Virus record (IMG/VR): IMGVR_UViG_3300026484_000110
Direction: 5' to 3' (one strand)
From: a virus
Length of the DNA stretch: 64,000 nucleotides
Both the position numbers and the translations under genes were made by a program. The number at the start of each line of letters is the position of its first letter. Positions within the stretch are counted from its first letter, which is position 1. Below are positions 47,711-57,831 of this stretch, piece by piece. The notes under the pieces are model-generated. The model searched no databases. It was not told the DNA's origin and worked only from the letters and a program-made list of their open reading frames with translations.

Positions 47711-49183
47711 ATGGCTAAAATTTTTAGAAAAAAGAATGACTTAAAAATTAGACCAATGATAAACGTAGGGGCGTTATTAGATATACCTACAGGAGCTATT
47801 ATTACTGGAGCAAAGGGAGAATCAATTATAAACGGAGGTCTATCTAATATTGAAGGATTTGCAGGTCTAGGTAATACATTTAAATCTACTTTAATGCACC
47901 ATATGATGTATACTGCTGCTGATAGGTTGGCATGTAGTTATAACGATATGATTATGATGGAAACATATGATACTGAAGATAACATGTTATTAAATGTAGA
48001 TAGATATAACAATCTTGTAAATAAACATACACAATGTTTGGATAGAAATCCTATAGAAACAGGACAGTGGTCTATTGTCCAAAAATCGCAAAAAACAGCA
48101 GATAAATGGTTAGAAGAAGATTTATACCCATTGGTAGAAGAAAAACAAAATTCCAAAGACTTGGTAGTAGAATTTGAAGCTTTTAAAGATAAAGACACTG
48201 GTAAACCACTAAAAGCATTAATACCTACTTTTATAGAAATAGATAGCTTAACAGAATTTGAATCTGAGACAACTATTGATATGTTAAAAGAGTTATCTGA
48301 AGATAAAACAAATACTTTATTTATGAAACAGGGTCTTTATAAAACAAAGGTAATGAAAGATTTACCAGGTCTATCCAATAGAGCTAATATATATTTTCTG
48401 TTAACGACGCATCTAGGTAAAAAAATAGATATGTCAGGAAACCCTTTTGCCAAACCTACTAAAGATTTACAATTTATGAAACAAGATGAAAAAATAAAAG
48501 GTGCTACTGATAAGGTAATGTTTTTAACTACGCATTATTGGAAAACATATAGTCCGTCTGTGTTAATAAATCAAAGTACAAAACAACCTGAGTATCCTAT
48601 TTATGATAGTGATGTAGAAACAGATTTGAACTTAATAAATTTACAACAGGTGAGAAGTAAATCCGGGCCTTCGGGATTTGTATTACCTATAGTGGTATCG
48701 CAAACTGAAGGTGTCTTACCTGATTTAACAGAATTCCATTATATTAAGACTAATAAATTTGGATTAGATGGTTCTGTTAGGAGTTATTGGTTAGAATTGT
48801 ATCCTGATGTAAAATTATCCAGAACTACTGTAAGAAAAAAATTACAAGAAGATTATAAATTAAGAAGAGCAGTTAATATAACAGCTGAACTATTGCAATT
48901 ACATACTTTTAGACCGCATATGACGGATTTACTATGTAGTCCTAAAGAATTAAGAGAAGACCTAGAAAAAATGGGTTATAATTGGGATATCTTATTAAAT
49001 ACAAGAGGTTGGTGGACTATTAAACAATATAATCCAAGAATAAAACCATTTTTATCCACTGTAGATTTATTAAAAATGAGAAAAGGACTTTATATTCCAT
49101 ATTGGATAGATGAGAAAACAAAAGAAGTTAAGAAAGAGTATAAACATCATTTTGTAGAGAAGGAGAATAAAGATGGAAAATAA
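47711..49183 (+). CDS. uvsX: UvsX/RecA-like recombinase (phiKZ gp152-like)
   Basis: NVGALLDIPTG, P-loop GLGNTFKST, IEIDSL, RSKSGPSG. Confidence 0.85.
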   Translation: MAKIFRKKNDLKIRPMINVGALLDIPTGAIITGAKGESIINGGLSNIEGFAGLGNTFKSTLMHHMMYTAADRLACSYNDMIMMETYDTEDNMLLNVDRYNNLVNKHTQCLDRNPIETGQWSIVQKSQKTADKWLEEDLYPLVEEKQNSKDLVVEFEAFKDKDTGKPLKALIPTFIEIDSLTEFESETTIDMLKELSEDKTNTLFMKQGLYKTKVMKDLPGLSNRANIYFLLTTHLGKKIDMSGNPFAKPTKDLQFMKQDEKIKGATDKVMFLTTHYWKTYSPSVLINQSTKQPEYPIYDSDVETDLNLINLQQVRSKSGPSGFVLPIVVSQTEGVLPDLTEFHYIKTNKFGLDGSVRSYWLELYPDVKLSRTTVRKKLQEDYKLRRAVNITAELLQLHTFRPHMTDLLCSPKELREDLEKMGYNWDILLNTRGWWTIKQYNPRIKPFLSTVDLLKMRKGLYIPYWIDEKTKEVKKEYKHHFVEKENKDGK

Positions 49184-49592
49184 TCCAGTTTTAGAACAGC
49201 AAGCTAACTACCTGAAAGAGCTAGAAGAAGCCAGTAAACAATTAAGAGCTATAGGTAACAAATTATATTTAGCTAAGAAAACAGATAATGATGTAAACCT
49301 ATTTAGTATAATTGTAGATACATTAAAGAAAATAAGTAAAGAAAAAGCACAAAGATTTGAAATAATGATTAAAAGTATAGAACCAAATATAGAAGAAAAA
49401 ATTGATACGGTGCAGAAATTAATTATATCTGATTTCTTAATTACTAGGTTATACCAATTGAAAGCAGAGGATCCTGGTTTTAATATATTGCCAATATTGA
49501 CTTTGATTCCTTATTACATGGATAACGAGAGTTTTACAGAGTGTATGGTAAATCATACTTTACCGTTACTAGTAAATAGTAATGTAATCTGA
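49173..49592 (+). CDS. hypothetical protein (139 aa)
   Basis: AAGGAG RBS; coupled to uvsX. Confidence 0.75.
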   Translation: MENNPVLEQQANYLKELEEASKQLRAIGNKLYLAKKTDNDVNLFSIIVDTLKKISKEKAQRFEIMIKSIEPNIEEKIDTVQKLIISDFLITRLYQLKAEDPGFNILPILTLIPYYMDNESFTECMVNHTLPLLVNSNVI

Positions 49593-49620
49593 TGAATTAT
49601 TGAAATTTAAGGAGAAACTA

Positions 49621-50346
49621 ATGAGTAGTTTAGAAAATAGAGAATTTAAGATTAGTAACGGTAATAATAAGAATGATTTCGATATTGAGTATAATTTAAA
49701 ACTGACATCTTCTGTACCAATTATGAATTTTTCAGATGGATTAGTGGATAACTTATTGTTAGATAGTTTTACTGTAAAAAATGAAGAACCTAACAATAAA
49801 CCGTATGATGTTGAAATGGATGATAGGTTTAAATTTATATTAGAATTTAAATCTTTACAGAGAGATATTAGTTCTGTTGTTTATTACGATAAAAAGTATA
49901 ATGATTTTATTGTATTTCCTAATCCAGATTTAATAGATGTATCAAATATTAAAAATAAGGTGTACCATATTACATCATTTACCATAGGTAGTAATAAACC
50001 GGATGTTAAATTCGGTACAGGTTATGAAATTTCTATACAAGGTATAAATAAGGTATCTTTACCAGAACCTGATAAGACTATTGAAAATTATGATGGTCTA
50101 CTATTAAACGTACCCGGGATTTATAACGGTTTTAAACAAAGAATTAGAAAAAATCTTAGTACTGGTGTAGTAATGTATAAAGATGTAAACATGGTCTTAT
50201 TCTTGAAAATAAAGACTAGTGATCTTTACACTAATTCTGTAAAATTACCAGTATCTACACTAGTACCAGATAGTGAAGTAAAATTTAGAGTAGAATATAA
50301 TTCGTTAAAAGAATTAGATAACATATATATACCTATTACAGTATAG
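49621..50346 (+). CDS. hypothetical protein
   Basis: AAGGAG RBS favours ATG49621. Confidence 0.7.
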   Translation: MSSLENREFKISNGNNKNDFDIEYNLKLTSSVPIMNFSDGLVDNLLLDSFTVKNEEPNNKPYDVEMDDRFKFILEFKSLQRDISSVVYYDKKYNDFIVFPNPDLIDVSNIKNKVYHITSFTIGSNKPDVKFGTGYEISIQGINKVSLPEPDKTIENYDGLLLNVPGIYNGFKQRIRKNLSTGVVMYKDVNMVLFLKIKTSDLYTNSVKLPVSTLVPDSEVKFRVEYNSLKELDNIYIPITV

Positions 50347-50365
50347 AGGATATATCCTCTATACT
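50340..50365 (+). terminator. 26-bp perfect palindrome over stop codon
   Basis: AGTATAGAGGATA|TATCCTCTATACT. Confidence 0.65.
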
Positions 50366-50385
50366 AAACTCCAATTTTTTTCATT

Positions 50386-50398
50386 TATATATTACTAA
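50386..50398 (+). promoter_or_regulatory. phage early promoter motif
   Basis: TATATATTACTAA. Confidence 0.75.
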
Positions 50399-50404
50399 GA
50401 TAGA

Positions 50405-50522
50405 AGACGACTGGAAAATGAGTTGTCTATATAATTTCGTCATGGGTAACGTCAGGCGGAAGCTCTTAAGCCGCCTATAGAATTGAGCGCTCTTCGTGAG
50501 CTCTTAATATGGCGTCCATGAC
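50405..50522 (+). ncRNA. candidate structured leader RNA (hairpin plus three-way junction)
   Basis: GUCAUGG/CCAUGAC and ACGUCA/UGGCGU closing stem; GGCGG/CCGCC; AUUGAG/CUUAAU with GCUC/GAGC. Confidence 0.5.
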
Positions 50523-50536
50523 ATTGGAGGTTTAAA

Positions 50537-51202
50537 ATGGCTAGAAGAAAAAGAGAAGTTACGACACAAAGAGAAAGAAATAGAAAGTTCATTAAGAAAT
50601 TTAACAAAAAACATTTTCCTATTGTGTTGGAGTTAATAAGAGAAGCTAGAAAATATGTAGGTAAAGTTTATTCTGCCAAAGTGACAAAAGATGTTAAAAT
50701 AAAAACAAGAGGCCATACCAATTATGAGGAGTTTTGTCATTCCAGAGGGATTAAGAAAAATTATGGCGATCAGATAATCCCGATGGAATTTGAATATGAA
50801 ATATTACCAAAAGATATTGCTGTAAGTTTCATCCTCTGGAAAACTGATGTTTTTGGTACTATTTTGACAACTCAGGCAGATATGGAGAGAATGCTAAAGG
50901 AAATTTTTGAAAAAGTTGTTTACAGTTTTAATACGTGTATCAAGGTAGAGTTGACCTTGATAGAGATGGCGATCCAATGGGTAATGGATGCAACATATGC
51001 TGACTCTTTGGGGTCAGTTAGTCCAATTTTCACTTATGAGTACGACGGTGACATCGTGTCGTTCTATTTAGACGGCACTTGTTCTTTTAATAACGTTACA
51101 GATGATGGTTATACCGTAAGCGATGAGGAGTTAGCTGCGCATCTTTTGGGAGAGTTAAGAAGAAGAACAATAGATGTTGTTGATTACAGGTATTGTTCAT
51201 AA
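50537..51202 (+). CDS. hypothetical early protein with basic N-terminus (221 aa)
   Basis: GGAGG RBS; MARRKREV... Confidence 0.75.
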   Translation: MARRKREVTTQRERNRKFIKKFNKKHFPIVLELIREARKYVGKVYSAKVTKDVKIKTRGHTNYEEFCHSRGIKKNYGDQIIPMEFEYEILPKDIAVSFILWKTDVFGTILTTQADMERMLKEIFEKVVYSFNTCIKVELTLIEMAIQWVMDATYADSLGSVSPIFTYEYDGDIVSFYLDGTCSFNNVTDDGYTVSDEELAAHLLGELRRRTIDVVDYRYCS

Positions 51203-51254
51203 TCTTCTTCTCCTTTTTCTTTTTTGTCTGAAAAAGATTTTTAAAGGATAACAA

Positions 51255-51926
51255 ATGAATAAAAAAAGGCAAGAAGTAGAAAAATTTATTAAGGATTGGA
51301 TTTATAAAATTACAAAATCTAAGAAGAATGTAGAACTATATGAAGACTTATTTAAATCTATGAATGACGACGAATTTAAACAATTGATGGAAGATTTAAA
51401 ATCAGGTAAGAAGACCTTACAAGTAATCATACCTGTAGATGGATTTGATGGAAAGGTAGATTTAGAAAATAATTACAAATTAGCTAAAGAATTAGGATTT
51501 AACTTTTTCGAACACTTAATCATTGGTCCAGGTGATGATTTTCCTAAATATAAGACTCCTGAAAAGTATATGGTAATAGATTTACCATTTAGACGTACTA
51601 AACAAACTTTGGATAAAGGTCTATCTGTGGCTGATAGTGCAAAAGAAGTAGATTCTATCACAGGACAAGTAAAAGGAGATGATAGAGTATCAAAGATCTC
51701 ATTTCCGGAATTACAAGTTTTAATAGGTTTAGGTTTAAAAGATAGTCTAATAGAATTAATGAGAGACAGAGGCGGCGATGTAACATCTAATAGCATTATG
51801 TTAAATTCAATATCTAAGTATGGTAGAATTTCTAGAAAACTAATAGATATGTATGCTGAAGGTGCTTTATCCACAAAATCTCTTAAAAATTATTTAACTG
51901 GGATGCATTTAAAAAATACACTGTAG
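51255..51926 (+). CDS. rpoB: virion RNA polymerase beta subunit, C-terminal part (phiKZ gp149-like)
   Basis: LPFRRTKQTLDKG, DSITGQV, ISFPELQVL, ELMRDRGGD. Confidence 0.8.
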   Translation: MNKKRQEVEKFIKDWIYKITKSKKNVELYEDLFKSMNDDEFKQLMEDLKSGKKTLQVIIPVDGFDGKVDLENNYKLAKELGFNFFEHLIIGPGDDFPKYKTPEKYMVIDLPFRRTKQTLDKGLSVADSAKEVDSITGQVKGDDRVSKISFPELQVLIGLGLKDSLIELMRDRGGDVTSNSIMLNSISKYGRISRKLIDMYAEGALSTKSLKNYLTGMHLKNTL

Positions 51927-51950
51927 ATCCTAATCTGGATCTACAGTGTA
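51917..51950. terminator. bidirectional terminator
   Basis: TACACTGTAGATCC/GGATCTACAGTGTA. Confidence 0.8.
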
Positions 51951-54506
51951 CATTGTGTTTGTAGGTACAGTTATTATATTGTCTTCTTGAGCTACAGTAT
52001 TACTATCTACCAAAGCAATTGTTTCTTTATCATTATTATCGGTATTTAGAATATTATCTGTTTTAGAATTTATATTACTACTTGTATTATCAGGATCAGA
52101 TTTTTTATTATTAGTTACGCTATTTAAAGTAGTTATTTCGCTATTACCTGATTTTATCTTAGGTTCTATATATGTTTCAATATCAGGATTTAGAATTATA
52201 TCATTAGTTAATTTTTCTTTTTTATTATAAGTCATAGTTTTTTCAGTTTTATAATTGGCGTAGACAGCGTTTAATTCAAATTCTTCGTCTAAATATGTCT
52301 GCATATCTTTAATATTGTATCTTAAAATAGGTCTTTTCACACTTATTTCGTTTATTGTTTTACTATCTACTGTAGTAATGGTTGTTTTACTAGTATATGC
52401 TGATGATTTAGTATTTATTGTATTTAATAAGATACCGTAATGTCTGGACATAAAATTTTCACAATTTACTAATATATCTGTATGTTTATAATTTATATAA
52501 GTTTTTTCTACTGTTTTAAAATTGTCCATTTTATTATAATCATTAGTAGTTATATTACCATTTGGTAATTGATAATAATGTTCCCATATTCTCGTAGGAA
52601 TGTAATATCTATAATGCCCATATTGAACAGTAACTATACCTTTGTTAGTATTACCCATCTGTAAGCTAGTACTATATGTTTTTTGGATATCTAATAACTG
52701 CGTATCGAAGACAAACTGTAAAGTATAAGACTTAAATTTATTAGATAGTTTTATGTAAGCTTTTAATTTATCTATTATAGTATCAATTTCTCTAACCGGT
52801 ATACCTATTACATCTTTAAATAAAGTTCTTAATCCTGCATATGCGAATTCCGAAGTTATCTTTCTAGATAAACCTAGGTTATCTATAAATTTATTTAAAT
52901 CGTATGGTATATCTTCTACAATTTTACCTCTTGTAAATAAACGATTAAATAATAGTTTTAAATCAGCAGATAACATATTATCATTTACATTTGTAATTAG
53001 ATACCACATATAAGAAATACTTACTGCCATAGTAGATATATATTCTTTAAATTTAGTAATTTGATTAAAATTACAAACATTATCTAATGTGTTTACAAGT
53101 TCCTTTACGAATGGTAATAACTGTTTTTCATACATTAAATCTTTTACTAGGTCATTTATATCGTTAGGAGATTTATATACCATATCGAAAAGATAACTAC
53201 TTAATTTTAGTTCTCCAGTTAAATTTATATCCGATATATATAGCATATAGTAAATGATTAAATAAAATAATTTTTCATTATCTAATTTTATTAATTTCAT
53301 TGTGTATGGATCTATAAAATTCATACCTATGTATATGTTTTTCTTTTTTAGGTAATAAATTAAATTAAACCAAGCCATCACTATTAAAGAGTCTTGATAA
53401 AATGTGCCCAAATCTTTTCTATCTATGTATAAAACTTTTGTAGGACTATCGTTTTCGTTTATTGATATTAAACGTTTTTTATAAACATCGGCTAAATGTT
53501 TTAAATTTATATTTTCACTAATTAAACCTAAATCTTTTTCTGTTTCTAGGATATTTTCAATAGTAGCTTTATTATCGTCTTCTTTTACATAATTGCTATT
53601 CAGAGGCATCATATATACACTGTGCTTATTATCCAAGTCTAAAATTGATTTATTTGGTTTATATATATTTTCTTCTATTAATTTAGGTTTTAATTTACCT
53701 ATATGTAAATTTCCAACTCCTATATTATTATAGTCTAGTATTTTATTTATTAAATAATTTAATATTCTATTGTGTCCTACGTTTGTTTTAATATCGTTTA
53801 AATTACCGTATAACCATATTTGTGTAGTTAAGTCCAATAAACCAGTAGGGTCTAATTTCTTTAATGTATAGAGATGGTTTAATAAATGGAATCTATCCAC
53901 ACTGTTAGTTAAAACGTAACTTATTCTTCTAGCAATTATAAAACCAGGTAATAAAGAATATAAGTTACTTAGCATAGCTGATAAGTATAATTCATCTATT
54001 GTGTAATCTTTTACATGGTATCTAGTAAAAAAATTATTTATAAATGTTTCTATATCTGAAATTAGGTTTATTTCATTTTCTTGTACTAGATCTTTTCTAT
54101 AGTATAAAATAGTACCATTTTTAGCAGGTAAACTAATCTCTGGACTAATAGGATTTAATATACCTCTTATTAACAATGCCTGCGATGGATAATTTTCTAC
54201 CAAATTGTTAAATGTTTTATCAAATTTTAATAATTCATTTTTTAGAATAGGATACTTTTTTATGTTGTCTTTTGTAATAACATCAGTTTTGTCAATATCT
54301 GGAATATATGTTATAATTGGAATATCGATATTCGTATATTCGCCATTCATATTTTTATAATATTTCCATTCATTAGGATCGTCTATTTTTATGTTTAATG
54401 TTTTCTCAACAATCATATTTGTAAATACTGCTTCATCGTTAAATTTAATTGTTAAACTATTTACTAGGTTAATGGTTGATTTGATATAATCGTAAATATT
54501 TATCAT
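51930..54506 (-). CDS. virion structural protein (phiKZ-like, probably baseplate-associated)
   Basis: WKYYKNMNGEY, YPSQALLIRGILNP, QIWLYGNL. Confidence 0.65.
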   Translation of the reverse strand: MINIYDYIKSTINLVNSLTIKFNDEAVFTNMIVEKTLNIKIDDPNEWKYYKNMNGEYTNIDIPIITYIPDIDKTDVITKDNIKKYPILKNELLKFDKTFNNLVENYPSQALLIRGILNPISPEISLPAKNGTILYYRKDLVQENEINLISDIETFINNFFTRYHVKDYTIDELYLSAMLSNLYSLLPGFIIARRISYVLTNSVDRFHLLNHLYTLKKLDPTGLLDLTTQIWLYGNLNDIKTNVGHNRILNYLINKILDYNNIGVGNLHIGKLKPKLIEENIYKPNKSILDLDNKHSVYMMPLNSNYVKEDDNKATIENILETEKDLGLISENINLKHLADVYKKRLISINENDSPTKVLYIDRKDLGTFYQDSLIVMAWFNLIYYLKKKNIYIGMNFIDPYTMKLIKLDNEKLFYLIIYYMLYISDINLTGELKLSSYLFDMVYKSPNDINDLVKDLMYEKQLLPFVKELVNTLDNVCNFNQITKFKEYISTMAVSISYMWYLITNVNDNMLSADLKLLFNRLFTRGKIVEDIPYDLNKFIDNLGLSRKITSEFAYAGLRTLFKDVIGIPVREIDTIIDKLKAYIKLSNKFKSYTLQFVFDTQLLDIQKTYSTSLQMGNTNKGIVTVQYGHYRYYIPTRIWEHYYQLPNGNITTNDYNKMDNFKTVEKTYINYKHTDILVNCENFMSRHYGILLNTINTKSSAYTSKTTITTVDSKTINEISVKRPILRYNIKDMQTYLDEEFELNAVYANYKTEKTMTYNKKEKLTNDIILNPDIETYIEPKIKSGNSEITTLNSVTNNKKSDPDNTSSNINSKTDNILNTDNNDKETIALVDSNTVAQEDNIITVPTNTMYTVDPD

Positions 54507-54572
54507 GGTACTTCCTTAATTTTTGGCTTTTCAAGCCAATTTGGTATCTTGATGATAACAAAAGGAGAATAA

Positions 54573-57080
54573 ATGGCAAAAGTAAAATTAAAAAATAAAA
54601 TACCAGTAGAAGATCCGGTTTTAAATTTGTTAGAAAAACAATTTAACGCAAAAAAACAATTAAAAGAAAAAGAGACTAAGGTTAGTTATGCAGATATTTT
54701 TAAAATAAAAAAATACAGTAAAAATGTAATAGAGAATAATGAGGATATTTTAAATATTTTTCCAGATTTGGAATTAGCAAAAGAGATTTTAGTATCTTCT
54801 ATATTATCGCCTAATGACATGGTGTCTGTGAATTTAAATTATAAAATTAAGAATATACAGTTACCTGTTGATATAAAAACTATGATTTCAGATACAATAA
54901 GAAACCATGTAAAAGAAGAGTATAATTATTTGGATAAATTACCTACTATTATAGAAGAAACTTTATTTAGTAAGGGTAGTTATGCAGAAATAATTATTCC
55001 CGACTCTTTCATCAGTAAATCCAAATTAAAAATTACAGCAGGATTAGAAAGTACTGTAGATGCAATATCTAAAATTAATAACACAGGAATAATTAGAACT
55101 AAATCTTTATTAAAAGACGGTAACGAGTCTATTTTAGAGATAACAGATAATTCATCAGTACTTTTAGCAGAAGATATTTATTATAAACAAATAGAAGAAA
55201 ATTTAGAAAATAATTTAGCAGGCACTACAGTAGGTTATGAAGCTAACGTAGTGTTAAATAAAGCATTTAGAAATGAAGTAGAAGAAGTAGTAACAATTAC
55301 AAATGATGGTAATAATTCAGGAATACCGTTGGTTAAAAAAGTTTTTCCAGAATCAGTAATACCTATCTGTAGTAAAACAGATCCATCTAAACATTTTGGT
55401 TATTTTATATTAGTAGATGAAACAGGTGCACCTTTAAATACTGAATTAACTAATGATCCTATTGTGGGATTAGATAATAGTAAAAACGAAAATTCAATGC
55501 TTACCAAAAAAATTTTAAATAGAGCTAAAAAATTATTATACGACACACTAGGTAAAGAACCTACATTATCTAATTTAAACGAATTAAAAGAAGAACTAGT
55601 AATTAAAAAATTACAGACAGTATTAAAAGATAGTAAAATTGGAAAAATAGCCAAATTAGACATTAATGATAGAGAAGAAATAATTGATATTTTGCTGGAT
55701 AGAATATTAAAAAGTAAAAAAACTAAAATTCTATTTGTACCTGAAAACTTACTGGCTTATTATGCTATCAGATATAGAAAGAATGGTACTGGTGAATCTT
55801 TATTAGAGAGAATAACTGTTTTATCTAGCTTTAGAGCTATTATTATATTTGTAAGCTTGTTAAGCTTTATTAAGTCATCTATACCTATTACAAATGTAAA
55901 TGCTCAATTAGACGAAAATGATGTAGATTATGAAAAGACTATGGAAAAAATAATGTCTGAAGTTCTAAAAAACAGACAATTAAATTTACCTATAGGAATA
56001 TTAAAAGTTGATGACTTAGTAGATTGGGTACATAAAATAGGATTTGCATTTAACTTTAAGCATCCAGGTTTACCAGATATAGATATAAATATTGAAGAAA
56101 AAAATCCTGAAGTAGAACCAGTTAATACTGATTTAAAACAGATGATAGATAAACATATAATATTAGCATTAGGTTTAACTCCTGAAATTATTGATAATGC
56201 CTATAGTCCTGATTTTGCTACTACAATAGTAGCTAATAACACATTATTAAATAAACGTATATCAAAATACCAAGAACAGTTTAACAAATTAATTACAAAA
56301 AATATTAAAAAACAAGCTATTGCGGACGGTTTACTAAAGAGAAAGTTAGAAGACATTATAAGACCTAACATTAAGTCTATTAAAACATATTTAAAAAGAA
56401 TAAAACATAACCTAAATATAAATATAGAAGAATTATTAAAAATAGGTGATGATACGCTAGTAGATTTTATAATAAGAAATAGTATAAAAGGTCTAGATAT
56501 TACGTTACCTAAGCCCGAAATAAAAGATAATGATAATCTAGGTGATCTATTTAATAAATATAAAGATTCTTTAGATAATGTTTTAGATTTACTGTTTAGC
56601 GAGGACGCGTTACCTGAAGAATTAATTGGCGAATTCTCTGGTAAGATAGAAAATATTAAAAACGTAATTAAGACAATTTTAATTAAGAAATGGATAAGTG
56701 AAAATGGATATCTAACAGATGTAACAGAACTTATGACCATAGGGGATGACGGAAAACCGACACTAAATCTATTGGAAGAATACGAGACTTATGTAGAAGT
56801 ATTAGAAAAAGCTGTATTGCCGTTCCTAAAAACTATTAAGAAAAAATCTGAACAAATAGACAAAAAACTATCTAAAATAGAAGAAGATAACGAAGATGAA
56901 GATGAAAATGAAAACAGTGATACAGGTAGTAGTGAAGAAAATGATAATGAATTGGACAATACGGAAGAATCTGATACAGAAGAAGATGAGGGTATGGAAG
57001 AAGGCATCGATACAGAAGAAGAGGATACCGGTAGTGAAGAAGATACTGGTACTGGAGAAGAAGAGTTGCCTGATTTATAA
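54573..57080 (+). CDS. portal protein (phiKZ gp129-like)
   Basis: FPDLELAKEILVSSILSPNDM, PESVIP..HFGYFILVDETG, NGTGESL; G-X-E sites; acidic tail. Confidence 0.8.
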   Translation: MAKVKLKNKIPVEDPVLNLLEKQFNAKKQLKEKETKVSYADIFKIKKYSKNVIENNEDILNIFPDLELAKEILVSSILSPNDMVSVNLNYKIKNIQLPVDIKTMISDTIRNHVKEEYNYLDKLPTIIEETLFSKGSYAEIIIPDSFISKSKLKITAGLESTVDAISKINNTGIIRTKSLLKDGNESILEITDNSSVLLAEDIYYKQIEENLENNLAGTTVGYEANVVLNKAFRNEVEEVVTITNDGNNSGIPLVKKVFPESVIPICSKTDPSKHFGYFILVDETGAPLNTELTNDPIVGLDNSKNENSMLTKKILNRAKKLLYDTLGKEPTLSNLNELKEELVIKKLQTVLKDSKIGKIAKLDINDREEIIDILLDRILKSKKTKILFVPENLLAYYAIRYRKNGTGESLLERITVLSSFRAIIIFVSLLSFIKSSIPITNVNAQLDENDVDYEKTMEKIMSEVLKNRQLNLPIGILKVDDLVDWVHKIGFAFNFKHPGLPDIDINIEEKNPEVEPVNTDLKQMIDKHIILALGLTPEIIDNAYSPDFATTIVANNTLLNKRISKYQEQFNKLITKNIKKQAIADGLLKRKLEDIIRPNIKSIKTYLKRIKHNLNINIEELLKIGDDTLVDFIIRNSIKGLDITLPKPEIKDNDNLGDLFNKYKDSLDNVLDLLFSEDALPEELIGEFSGKIENIKNVIKTILIKKWISENGYLTDVTELMTIGDDGKPTLNLLEEYETYVEVLEKAVLPFLKTIKKKSEQIDKKLSKIEEDNEDEDENENSDTGSSEENDNELDNTEESDTEEDEGMEEGIDTEEEDTGSEEDTGTGEEELPDL

Positions 57081-57091
57081 TATTTTTGAAA

Positions 57092-57160
57092 AATATATTA
57101 TTAATACAGATTACAGGAAATATTCCTGTAATCTAATGTTTTTTATTGGTATATTATTAA
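57092..57160 (+). promoter_or_regulatory. two tandem early promoter motifs separated by a hairpin
   Basis: AATATATTATTAA 57092-57104 and GGTATATTATTAA 57148-57160. Confidence 0.6.
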
Positions 57161-57212
57161 TATGCTCGATGAGCATCTTTCCGGAAAGATTTACATTAAG
57201 AAGGAGTCTAAA

Positions 57213-57821
57213 ATGTGGAACAACCAATTTAATCAGTTTGGTCAGGGTTTTCCTAACCAACAGAATATGTACCAGCAATATAAGCGACAAGGGTTTCAGC
57301 AACAACAAATGCAGCAAGTAAACCCAATGTATCAACAGCAAATGAATGCTGGTTTTCAACAACAAGTAAACCCAATGTACCAACAACAACAGATGAATCC
57401 AGCATTTAACCAGCAGCAAGTGAATCCGATGTATCAGCAACAAATGCAACAAGTAAACCCAATGTATCAACAGCAAATGTATCCGATGTATCAACAACAG
57501 ATGATGAATCAGAGGATGCAAAATGTTCAAACTAGAATGCAAAATATAGGTTTTGGACAAAGCGGTATGAGAATGCCTGCCAGTCAACCAGTAGCAGGAC
57601 CAATGGGGTTTGATAATAATTTTGCTCAACAACAGCAAGCACAACAAACAGTTCAACAACAAACGTGTAATCCTGCCAAACAGATCGATAGGTCTAATTA
57701 TAAACCAGAAACTGGTCATGAATATCCACCGCTTTATGACGAAACTAAAGAAATTCTAGAAATCGTCTTTGATGACATTAAACAAACTTACAAATTTATC
57801 GTAAAAAATAAAAACATTTAA
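57213..57821 (+). CDS. Gln/Met-rich low-complexity protein with small C-terminal domain
   Basis: Four VNPMYQQQ units plus MYPMYQQQ; RBS favours ATG57213. Confidence 0.8.
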   Translation: MWNNQFNQFGQGFPNQQNMYQQYKRQGFQQQQMQQVNPMYQQQMNAGFQQQVNPMYQQQQMNPAFNQQQVNPMYQQQMQQVNPMYQQQMYPMYQQQMMNQRMQNVQTRMQNIGFGQSGMRMPASQPVAGPMGFDNNFAQQQQAQQTVQQQTCNPAKQIDRSNYKPETGHEYPPLYDETKEILEIVFDDIKQTYKFIVKNKNI

Positions 57822-57831
57822 AGGAGACGTT

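Noticed and set aside
50439-50522. tRNA or hammerhead ribozyme
   Set aside because: No T-loop, D-loop or anticodon geometry; no CUGANGA/GAAA core. Kept only as an unknown structured RNA.
56870-57080. Very acidic low-complexity tail
   Set aside because: In-frame end of the portal; a disordered tail is unremarkable here.
57290-57510. Tandem repeats resembling a CRISPR array
   Set aside because: Units are degenerate, in frame and lack unique spacers; no cas genes nearby.
57111-57719. Minus-strand 202-aa LLLIH repeat ORF
   Set aside because: Antisense shadow of the CAA/CAG-rich Gln gene, which has the promoter and RBS.
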